Assembly (NCBI GenBank): GCA_963677925.2
Contig: CAXXYH010000003.1
Location: 1,696,001-1,760,000 of the forward strand
Direction of reading: 5' to 3'
From: Spirochaetia bacterium
GTDB taxonomy: Bacteria; Spirochaetota; Spirochaetia; UBA9216
Length of the DNA: 64,000 bases
Below are positions 48,861 to 56,712 of the stretch, one piece after another; position 1 is the stretch's first letter; every line of letters starts with the position of its first letter. Below the pieces are notes generated by a model. The model saw nothing but the letters and a program-made list of their open reading frames with translations. It made no database searches and was not told the origin of the DNA. A program made the position numbers and the translations under genes.

Positions 48861-48996
48861 CTCATCTCCATCCCTGTACGCGAGGTCTGAGTATGACATA
48901 ATGCCGAGATGAAGTATTCTGGCTTGGTCTGTTTCCGGACCTTCACAGTGACGCGCTCGCGGAAGATTTTCACTTCGCTTCCTTCAGTTCGGTCAT
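48861..48996 (-). ncRNA. Cobalamin riboswitch (compact, class-II-like)
   Basis: Minus strand reads GGAA, T-loop AAGTGAAAATCTT, CGCG loop-CACTGTGA, B12 box AAGCCAGAATAC, and hairpin CCT-CGCGTAC-AGG able to kiss the CGCG loop; directly upstream of a B12-binding protein. Confidence 0.78.
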
Positions 48997-49042
48997 TTTA
49001 GATTTTTCTGATATTATTATCCTATCTGCGGCTTAACACCGT

Positions 49043-49073
49043 ATTGAATTATTTTGTTAAATTTTGCATTTTT
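49043..49073 (-). promoter_or_regulatory. Candidate activator site, copy 2 (upstream of the riboswitch/corrinoid gene)
   Basis: 23/31 identical to 48078-48108. Confidence 0.5.
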
Positions 49074-49090
49074 TTATGTATGCAGAATTC

Positions 49091-50395
49091 TTAATGTACT
49101 TCGTGATTATTCAGCTTTATCTTTCCGCGGTTTTCCCGGAATTTCCCCGGGGAGGTACCTGTAAATTTCTTGAATACCTTTGAGAAGTAACTCTGATCTT
49201 CAAATCCGCACATACCGGCTATATCAATCAGCGGAACATCGGAATTAATCAGGTAGTTCTTGCTTTTTTCAACACGGACCTGATTCAGATAGGTGTTGAA
49301 ATTGAGATCAAGCTCCTTTTTGAAGACCTTGCTGAGATAGGACGGGGAAAGATTTACATGTGCAGCAGTTTCTTCAAGCGAAATCTTGTCGCGGTAATGT
49401 TCCCGTATATACTGCATTGCCCCGTGAATTGCATCGGCATGCTTAATTTCACGCATATCAAAAACCAGTTCAGAGAATCTGTGAATTACCCTTGAAAGCC
49501 AGCCGGCTATGCCTTCCACACTGGTGAACGAGTTGATACGGCTGAGATACTGATAATTCATGCCGAAGATCTGCTCGGCATCTGCACCGCCTCTAACGGC
49601 TGCTCTGGATAGCAGTACTATCAGCTCAAGTACACGGGCTCTGATTACCTTTATGTCACCGCCGGCCGTAAAGAACACGTTTCCAAGTATTTCATTCAGG
49701 ATAGCCTTTGCGTTTGAGGCCTCTCCGTTTTCGATACAGTCTATAAGTTCCGATTCCTTCGCGAAGGGATACCGGGAAATCTCCGCGCTGGAATGTTCCA
49801 TAGTCTTGATATACTGAATATATTCAGAGATTTCCTTCTGCTGGTCGGAGTTTTCCTGCTTCATCTCCAGAGTCAGGGAATCCATCTCGGAAAGACTTGC
49901 TGTAACATAGAATAGCAGCTCGGAAAGACTGCGGGAGCGTTCTGTTGTAATTGAGGGTATATCGGATGCAAGCTTCATCAGACTGAAGATTTCCGATGCC
50001 GGAAGATTCTTGCCGGATATAAGGTCGTTTCTTATAAAATCATCGGAATCTATGATAAGAGCAGGACCGCAGACCATTGAACCGACCTGGATTCCGCCTT
50101 TAAAAAGCGGAGATGTCCAGTGCAGAAGAGACATCGGACAGAAAAACATATATTTTCCGCCGAAACGCTCGGCCTGATAGCTTCCGTAGCGATGAACCTG
50201 ACTGCAGTCCAGCCTGTCCTGAGGAAAAACATGCTCAATACGATTGCAGAAACTGAAGCCCGGGGAGTTTTCATCAGGTTCGGGACCTATCCGTCTGCCC
50301 TCAGTATCGATAACAAAACAGCTTATACCGGTAGATTCAGTATAGTGAACAGCGGCTGAAACAGCTTTTTCCAGAAACAAGTCTTCCATTATCAC
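49091..50395 (-). CDS. PocR-domain AraC-family transcriptional regulator
   Basis: PocR Cys pattern (FSFC, DCSQVH, MFFCPMSL, CGP); LSPSYLSKVFK, GFEDQSYFSKVFK. Confidence 0.9.
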   Translation of the reverse strand: MIMEDLFLEKAVSAAVHYTESTGISCFVIDTEGRRIGPEPDENSPGFSFCNRIEHVFPQDRLDCSQVHRYGSYQAERFGGKYMFFCPMSLLHWTSPLFKGGIQVGSMVCGPALIIDSDDFIRNDLISGKNLPASEIFSLMKLASDIPSITTERSRSLSELLFYVTASLSEMDSLTLEMKQENSDQQKEISEYIQYIKTMEHSSAEISRYPFAKESELIDCIENGEASNAKAILNEILGNVFFTAGGDIKVIRARVLELIVLLSRAAVRGGADAEQIFGMNYQYLSRINSFTSVEGIAGWLSRVIHRFSELVFDMREIKHADAIHGAMQYIREHYRDKISLEETAAHVNLSPSYLSKVFKKELDLNFNTYLNQVRVEKSKNYLINSDVPLIDIAGMCGFEDQSYFSKVFKKFTGTSPGKFRENRGKIKLNNHEVH

Positions 50396-52002
50396 AAGTG
50401 CAGAACCTCTTCCATAACAGCCATTATACTGTATCCTCTGCTTTTTTCTATAACTGATCCGCTGAGAAGAAAAGGCGGGATTTTTACAATTGCCCCGGAA
50501 TCTGCAGCCTCATCATCCTTAGGACGCTTCATAATCAGTTTTTTAAGCAGATTATTTTTTATTTCAGGATAAAATTTTACAATCGGCACTTTAATACCGG
50601 CTTTATCTGCAGCAGCCTTTACGGCATCCGTGAGAAATCCGCAGCTGTCAATAAGACCGTTTTCACTGGCAGCGCTGCCCGACCAGATTCGGCCCATCCC
50701 CAGCGAATCAATTTCATCTGCAGTCTTATTTCGGGCCTTTGCAACCATCGATGTGAACTGGTTGTACATTGATTCAATTTCAGCATCAAGCATTTTAATC
50801 TCATCATCAGTCAGACTTCTCATTGGAGAACCAGTATCGGAATACTCCCCGAATTTTATTAAATCTCCTGAGACTCCAAGCTTTTCCAGCAGGCGGTACC
50901 AGGCCATATAGATGCTGATAACACCTATTGAGCCTGTAAGGCTGGTATTGCAGGCAATAGTCTGTTCTCCGCAGCAGGATATCCAGTATCCGCCCGAACC
51001 GGCGACCTCGCCCATAGAAATATAAAGCGGTTTCTTTTCGGCCAGAAGCTTAAGCGCACTGCGGATATCTTCTGAGGCATAAGGAGAACCTCCCCCGGAG
51101 TTGATCCTGAGAACTACAGCCTTCACCGAGGAATCATCTTTAAGTTTATAGATATGAGGAATAAAGGAGTTTGAACCGACAGCATTGCCTATAAGCAGCT
51201 CACGCCTGGATTTTCCGTCGACTATTGCACCTTCAAATACAAGAACAGCTACCCTGCCTTTTTTGGCGGTAAAAAGTGCGGATTTCATAACAGCATCGGT
51301 TAATGAGACCTTTTTGATTTTATCCTTCTTAAAGCCCGACTCTATGTCGATCAGGGTGGATACCGAACTTACCCATCCTGCCCCGAGGGCGTCTTCTGCC
51401 TGAAAAGTTTCACCGTCAAGCATGGAGTCAAGAGCGTCATCCTTCTTTCCATAGCCTGAGATAATTCCGGATTTCAGCTCGTCAAGAACAGTTTTAAAGT
51501 AAAGTTCATACTGCTCCCTGTTATGCTCGTCCAGAGATTCCTTTGAAAACTGATCTCCGGCGCTCTTATATTTTCCACGCCGGATTACCCGTGCTTCAAT
51601 TCCTGCTTTTTCAAAGAGTTTTTTCAGAAAGGTGAAAGACCAGGCAAGCCCCTGGAATTTAACTGTTCCGACAGGATGGATAATCCTGGTGGTACAGACC
51701 GAGGCAAGATAAAGCTGAACCGGCCCGTATACCGGTGAATAAAAAATGACGTCCTTACCAGCGTCAGTCAGCCTTTTGAGACATTCACGTATTTCCTCAA
51801 GACCGGCGAAGAGTCCGGTCCTGAAATCTGTTCGGCAGTCTACAAGAACTTTCTGAACAGATTTCTTTCTAAGAATATTGGCGGTTCGTATGTAAAAGCG
51901 GTCAAACCGAAAACCTTCATCCGTTCCTATCGATAACAGGTCAGTTCCCTGGTTTCCGGTTTCATGATACTGTCCGGAAAGTACAAGTTTAGTGTATTTC
52001 AT
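50392..52002 (-). CDS. sppA: Signal peptide peptidase SppA (S49, tandem-domain type)
   Basis: GKYKSAG, AVVLRINSGGGS, GEVAGSGGYWI, TGSIGV, GRIWSG. Confidence 0.88.
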   Translation of the reverse strand: MKYTKLVLSGQYHETGNQGTDLLSIGTDEGFRFDRFYIRTANILRKKSVQKVLVDCRTDFRTGLFAGLEEIRECLKRLTDAGKDVIFYSPVYGPVQLYLASVCTTRIIHPVGTVKFQGLAWSFTFLKKLFEKAGIEARVIRRGKYKSAGDQFSKESLDEHNREQYELYFKTVLDELKSGIISGYGKKDDALDSMLDGETFQAEDALGAGWVSSVSTLIDIESGFKKDKIKKVSLTDAVMKSALFTAKKGRVAVLVFEGAIVDGKSRRELLIGNAVGSNSFIPHIYKLKDDSSVKAVVLRINSGGGSPYASEDIRSALKLLAEKKPLYISMGEVAGSGGYWISCCGEQTIACNTSLTGSIGVISIYMAWYRLLEKLGVSGDLIKFGEYSDTGSPMRSLTDDEIKMLDAEIESMYNQFTSMVAKARNKTADEIDSLGMGRIWSGSAASENGLIDSCGFLTDAVKAAADKAGIKVPIVKFYPEIKNNLLKKLIMKRPKDDEAADSGAIVKIPPFLLSGSVIEKSRGYSIMAVMEEVLHL

Positions 52003-52540
52003 CTTTCTCCATTATACCGGCGTACATTGTGAGTGGTAATTCTGCTTCAACAGGGATCTCTTCACCGAAAGCATCGTCTGTATTCAATGAATCTGTTTGA
52101 GCGGTCATCACACTTTCCATATCTTCAGTATCTTCATTCGGACCGTTCTCTACAGGAAAGGTTTCGTTGCTTACATAATATAGAAACTTCCAGGCATTTT
52201 CACCTGCTTTGACAAGGTTAATTGTGAACTCCCTGCCGTCAAGAAAAACACAGGTCAGCTTCAGGTTATCAAAGTCCAGTTCTTCGACGGAATAAAGAGC
52301 CCTGTACTCCAAATCTCCGTAGAGGATCGTAATAAAACTGCCGTCAAGAATTTCTATCGAGGTTATTCCGCTGTACGGGAATGAGTAATAAGCTTCGGGA
52401 GCAGTAAGCAGTCCGTCAGGCTGCTCACAGATATAAAAATTAAGGGTCCATTTTCCGGTAAGATCGTCTTTCACAGCAGCTTCAGCAAATAACGGAAGCG
52501 CAGACAGCAATATGATAGAGACAAGTAATAACCTTTTCAT
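51989..52540 (-). CDS. Secreted acidic hypothetical protein
   Basis: Signal peptide (LPLFA), GAGGA ribosome-binding site, overlaps the sppA start. Confidence 0.7.
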   Translation of the reverse strand: MKRLLLVSIILLSALPLFAEAAVKDDLTGKWTLNFYICEQPDGLLTAPEAYYSFPYSGITSIEILDGSFITILYGDLEYRALYSVEELDFDNLKLTCVFLDGREFTINLVKAGENAWKFLYYVSNETFPVENGPNEDTEDMESVMTAQTDSLNTDDAFGEEIPVEAELPLTMYAGIMEKDEIH

Positions 52541-52547
52541 AAATTCC

Positions 52548-52631
52548 TCACTGGTAGCAGAAACGGAGAATCAGGTAAATTACCAGATACAGCCCCAGTC
52601 CGATCCACCAGATCTTATCCCTGGTTTTCAC
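52548..52631 (-). CDS. Putative 27-aa single-TM micro-protein MKTRDKIWWIGLGLYLVIYLILRFCYQ
   Basis: GTG start overlapping the upstream ORF end; its stop overlaps the next gene's GAGGA; basic-hydrophobic-basic layout. Confidence 0.45.
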   Translation of the reverse strand: MKTRDKIWWIGLGLYLVIYLILRFCYQ

Positions 52632-52773
52632 TGTTCCGCTTTCCGCCGAAAAATCCCTGCTTTCTCATTCCTTTTATATAGCGGTAAACAAGAACAACCA
52701 GCATCACAGCAGCAGCTGCAACAATTACAGCTCCGACGCCAAGGAATATATTAAAAGCAAGTTTCATATCCAT
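52615..52773 (-). CDS. Putative 52-aa single-TM protein MDMKLAFNIFLGVGAVIVAAAAVMLVVLVYRYIKGMRKQGFFGGKRNSENQG
   Basis: Below the ORF-track cut-off; long hydrophobic helix plus basic tail; TTGACT-17-GAAAAT directly upstream. Confidence 0.6.
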   Translation of the reverse strand: MDMKLAFNIFLGVGAVIVAAAAVMLVVLVYRYIKGMRKQGFFGGKRNSENQG

Positions 52774-52818
52774 AAGCCATTTTCATGTGAATGAGGAGTA
52801 TAGTCAAGCACATTTCAT

Positions 52819-53994
52819 TCACGATATTCGCCTTATAATAGAAAGAACCTGAATCAATGCGCGTACACTCAGACCCGGAGCATCGGTAGAACCGAAACTG
52901 CATATAATCGTCAGTCCGGTATCTGGATCTATAAACATCTGGGTGCCAAGAACTCCCATATGGCCAATCATTCTAGGAAAACCTTTTAGTGTCGGCATGT
53001 ATTCGTTAAAATGATATTCCATCATGCCAAGACCGTAATGGATACCCTGAATCCATCTATTGTCAAAGTTTTTCATAAGCGAAAGCGATTCATTATTGAT
53101 TAGTTTCCCGCTGTTCAAAGCCCTAATAAAAACGGACAGGTCGGAAAGGGTTGAGATTATCCCGCCGCCGCTCCAGTCTATGGAAAGGCTTTTATAGTCA
53201 TGTATTTCTCTGCCTTCCAGCCAGATTTCATTTATAGGTGCCTGACCATTCTCAGCTTCGGAGTAGAACATGAGATAGCTGTCATTCATATTAAGCGGTC
53301 TAAATATAAGTCCGTGCAGATTTTCATGAAAGGTTCTGCCGCTGACCTTTTCAATTATCAGCCCCAGCAGAATATAACCGCTGTCCGAATAATGCAGCTT
53401 TCCACCCGGAGCCCCGACCGCTTTCTGGTTATTTCTGGTAAAATCAAGAAGGTCCTGGGGGGTATAGAGCCTATCCGGCTCATTCACAATAAGTTCTTTC
53501 ATGGAATCTCCGCTTTCAACCGGATCTTCAAAGTAATCAGCAATACCGCTTGTATGATTCAGCAGCTGTCTTACTGTTACATCTGCTGAATAATCTTTAT
53601 CCTTATACATAAACAGACCTTTAAGCATATCAATTCCCAGAATATCCGCTGCTCTGTCGTCAATAGTCAGCCTTCCCTGCTCCTGAAGCAGCATCACAGT
53701 TACTGCCGTAAAAAGTTTTCCTACACTGGCGACATGAAAACGCTGTGAAACTGCTGCCGGATTACCGAAAACTGTTCCTTCTGCAAACTCAAACTTGATG
53801 TCCTGTTCCGGAGAATCTACGAGAAGCAGGATATTATTCACTTTCTTCTTCCCGGCAATAGTCTTCTGCAGATATTTGCGTATCATCTGCCGCGCATCTG
53901 CACTGCTGACCGGTCTGCTATTAATAATCATAATGATAAATAAAACTGCAGCTATAAAAATCAGAATTGCAAAGATAATTAAAAAAATCTTCAT
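52819..53994 (-). CDS. Membrane-anchored serine hydrolase, beta-lactamase class C / D-peptidase family
   Basis: ASVGK (SxxK), LLNHTSG, HYSDSGY, GGGIIST, GHMG; ATG 53994 after GGAG. Confidence 0.88.
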   Translation of the reverse strand: MKIFLIIFAILIFIAAVLFIIMIINSRPVSSADARQMIRKYLQKTIAGKKKVNNILLLVDSPEQDIKFEFAEGTVFGNPAAVSQRFHVASVGKLFTAVTVMLLQEQGRLTIDDRAADILGIDMLKGLFMYKDKDYSADVTVRQLLNHTSGIADYFEDPVESGDSMKELIVNEPDRLYTPQDLLDFTRNNQKAVGAPGGKLHYSDSGYILLGLIIEKVSGRTFHENLHGLIFRPLNMNDSYLMFYSEAENGQAPINEIWLEGREIHDYKSLSIDWSGGGIISTLSDLSVFIRALNSGKLINNESLSLMKNFDNRWIQGIHYGLGMMEYHFNEYMPTLKGFPRMIGHMGVLGTQMFIDPDTGLTIICSFGSTDAPGLSVRALIQVLSIIRRIS

Positions 53995-54004
53995 AAAAGC
54001 TCCT

Positions 54005-54023
54005 ATATTACTATTAGTAATAT
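54005..54023. promoter_or_regulatory. Palindromic operator ATATTACTA-T-TAGTAATAT (probable PadR site)
   Basis: Perfect 9-1-9 palindrome between the hydrolase promoter and its ribosome-binding site. Confidence 0.7.
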
Positions 54024-54078
54024 CTAATAATACTAAAGTCAAGGAATTACTGTCCATACTGTACTAAAAACAGCAATT

Positions 54079-54097
54079 ATATTACTATTCGTAATAT
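54079..54097. promoter_or_regulatory. Second operator copy ATATTACTATTCGTAATAT
   Basis: 18/19 identical to 54005-54023; overlaps the padR -10 and start codon. Confidence 0.7.
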
Positions 54098-54647
54098 GGA
54101 GTACGTAATTCTCGGACTTTTATTTTTAAAACCGATGACCATCTATGAAATTAACAGCTCATTCAAACAGGGGATTTCTCTTTTCTACAGCGCCAGCTAT
54201 GGTAGCATTCAGTCCGCCCTAAAAAAGATAACCCGGAATCTATGGGCTGAAGTTTCAGAAACAATCGAGAACGGCAGGCAGAAGAAGTTCTATACGGTAT
54301 CTGCAGCCGGAAGAAGCGTATTTTTCGATTGGATGGAAAGCTCCCCGGATATGAAAAAACTGGAGGTCTCGGTGCTTTCCAGGCTCTTCTTTCTAGGTCT
54401 GATTGAAACGCCATCGAAAAGAAAAACCATCCTTGATACAATAATCTCTGCAATAAATAATGCATATGAAGAACTCGGACAATACCATGACAAGCTTTCC
54501 GGCATGATTGAAGATATTGATGAAGATTCAAAAACAATAGCAGCCTATCAGGTGAACACCCTGGAATACGGCATAATGTCACACAAAGCTGCCCTGGATT
54601 TTTTCATGAAGCTTGCCGAGACGGAAAGCAGACAGCTCGATGATTGA
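54096..54647 (+). CDS. PadR-family transcriptional regulator
   Basis: ILGLL..PMTIYEI, ASYGSIQSALKK, GRQKKFYTVSAAGR. Confidence 0.9.
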   Translation: MEYVILGLLFLKPMTIYEINSSFKQGISLFYSASYGSIQSALKKITRNLWAEVSETIENGRQKKFYTVSAAGRSVFFDWMESSPDMKKLEVSVLSRLFFLGLIETPSKRKTILDTIISAINNAYEELGQYHDKLSGMIEDIDEDSKTIAAYQVNTLEYGIMSHKAALDFFMKLAETESRQLDD

Positions 54648-55083
54648 AATAAAAAACACAGATACAGAGTCTTCAGACTACCAGGAGTTCAAAAAACTGA
54701 TTTCCGAAGAATGGGGAGAGCCCGAACAACCTAACCCCTCTCAGACAGAAAAACATTCAATAACTGTTCCTCCTCCCCTGCTTGCATTTGAAAACAATCT
54801 GCTCGCCGGCGGCTTATCATTTGTTGACTATAAGAACCCGGAGCTGGAAGGTAATGCCCTCTGGATTAACGCTGTGTACGTAAAAGAGAAATACAGAGGC
54901 AGAAAGATTGCTCATACACTTATACAGACAGCACTGAGGCAGTGTCAGGAATCAGGTTTAGAATCTGTTTACGTATACACCGACAAGCCTGAGTTGTACA
55001 GGGAATCCGGCTGGACAAAACTGAATTTCGATGCCGGGAACTTTATAATGAAATATAAGTTTGCAAAGGACTCCTCTGCTTAG
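54640..55083 (+). CDS. GNAT-family acetyltransferase
   Basis: WINAVYVKEKYRGRKIA, LYRESGW. Confidence 0.85.
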   Translation: MIEIKNTDTESSDYQEFKKLISEEWGEPEQPNPSQTEKHSITVPPPLLAFENNLLAGGLSFVDYKNPELEGNALWINAVYVKEKYRGRKIAHTLIQTALRQCQESGLESVYVYTDKPELYRESGWTKLNFDAGNFIMKYKFAKDSSA

Positions 55084-55095
55084 TATATTCAATAA

Positions 55096-55431
55096 ATGGA
55101 AACAATCAGCAATCTTGAATCGGCAGAAAGCCTGATAAAAAATGAAACAATGGCCCTGCTCTACCTGAGCAGACCGGACTGCGGAGTTTGTACAGCAATA
55201 AGACCTAAGGTAGAGGAAATTCTAGGCAGATATCCCGGAATAAAATCCGGCTATATAGACCTCGATCAGCTTCAGGAAGCGGCAGGCGAATTTATGGTTT
55301 TTACAATCCCCGCCGTCATAGTCTATACAGAAGGTAAAGAGGTTGTAAGGGAAGCCCGGTATATAAGCATGGATGAACTGGAAGAGAAGATAGCCAGACC
55401 TTATGGATTTCTTTTTCCCGATGGACTGTAA
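55096..55431 (+). CDS. Thioredoxin-family protein
   Basis: CGVC, VFTIP, EGKEV. Confidence 0.88.
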   Translation: METISNLESAESLIKNETMALLYLSRPDCGVCTAIRPKVEEILGRYPGIKSGYIDLDQLQEAAGEFMVFTIPAVIVYTEGKEVVREARYISMDELEEKIARPYGFLFPDGL

Positions 55432-55461
55432 TTTCCAATTAAGATAGACTGAATACATTCT

Positions 55462-56628
55462 ATGAATAACTTGTGGTCCAAAAATTTTATTCTAATTTTC
55501 ATCACAAATACACTGCTGGCAGCCGCTTTTACCCTTATAAACACTATTGCAACACTATACTTCAGCCATAAAGGTTTTGAAGTCTCAGTAATAGGAACCC
55601 TTGCCGGTGTACTTGCAATAAGCGCAATGATTATGCGGCCTTTTTCAGGACTGGCGATTGATTCAGTGAGCAACAAGCTTACACTTGCAATCGGGCTGAT
55701 AATTTTCGGAATAATGGTACTGCTCCACCTTCACGCTGAAAGCTCAGCTGCCATGATGACAGTCAGAATCATAAACGGATTAGGATGGGGCCTTTCTTCA
55801 ACAGCGACCATAGCCATGGCCGGTAAAATTATTCCGGAAGAAAAAATGGCAGGCGGAATTGGAATATTCGGGCTGGGGCAGATCCTTTCGATGGCTATAG
55901 GTCCGGCGGTTGCTTTATGGCTGCTTGGACTTGCAGGGTTCAGACCGGTCTTTTATTTATCCGTAGTTTTATCTGCTGCTGCTATTATTGTTTCTCAGTT
56001 TATCGATGAAAGCCTTATGCATAAACCGGCAGATAACCGGGAAAAGTTCACATCGGTAAAAAAGTTTTTAAGCTCACTGGCCGCAAAGGAAGCATTAATA
56101 CCGGCCCTGTTCTACTTCTTCACGGCTCTGGTCTACAGTTCACTTGTGGGATTTCTAACCCTCTTTGCCAGAGAGCTTGAAATAGTAAATATCGGGATAT
56201 TCTTCAGCATCTATGCCTGCGCCCTCTTTGCGGTAAGGCTGCTGGCCGGCAAGCTTGCAAACCTGATCAGCGAAAAGCGGGTAATTATGACAGGATTTAC
56301 AATTCTGATTCTCGCCTGTATTTTTATCAGCAGGATTTCAACCATAGGATTATTTATTGTAGCCGCTGTCGGGTTCGGTTTTGGTATTGGGCTCATTCAA
56401 CCGCTGGCCCAGGGCCTGGGAATGAAAAACACGCCGGCAGCAAAACGGGGTGCTGCAGGCAGTACAATAATGCTTGGAGCTGATACCGGGATTGGCCTGG
56501 GGTCGGCAATTGCCGGCTACATAGTGGCAATGTCCGGATTCAGATTTATGTTCGCCTTCTTTGCCTTCTTCCCGCTGATTGGACTGATAATAACCTTATT
56601 CTACAGATTCAAATCACGAACAGAATAA
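55462..56628 (+). CDS. MFS transporter
   Basis: LWSKNF, RPFSG..D, RIINGLGWG, GPAVA; ~12 TM segments. Confidence 0.9.
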   Translation: MNNLWSKNFILIFITNTLLAAAFTLINTIATLYFSHKGFEVSVIGTLAGVLAISAMIMRPFSGLAIDSVSNKLTLAIGLIIFGIMVLLHLHAESSAAMMTVRIINGLGWGLSSTATIAMAGKIIPEEKMAGGIGIFGLGQILSMAIGPAVALWLLGLAGFRPVFYLSVVLSAAAIIVSQFIDESLMHKPADNREKFTSVKKFLSSLAAKEALIPALFYFFTALVYSSLVGFLTLFARELEIVNIGIFFSIYACALFAVRLLAGKLANLISEKRVIMTGFTILILACIFISRISTIGLFIVAAVGFGFGIGLIQPLAQGLGMKNTPAAKRGAAGSTIMLGADTGIGLGSAIAGYIVAMSGFRFMFAFFAFFPLIGLIITLFYRFKSRTE

Positions 56629-56653
56629 TGGACATTTAGCGATCAGTAATTGA

Positions 56654-56686
56654 TTCGGACCTCTGCAGTTTTACAGAGGCCCGAAA
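56654..56686. terminator. Hairpin between convergent MFS and flavoprotein genes
   Basis: TTCGGACCTCTG...CAGAGGCCCGAA. Confidence 0.55.
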
Positions 56687-56712
56687 AGGAGTATATCTTT
56701 TTGGAAAATTAT

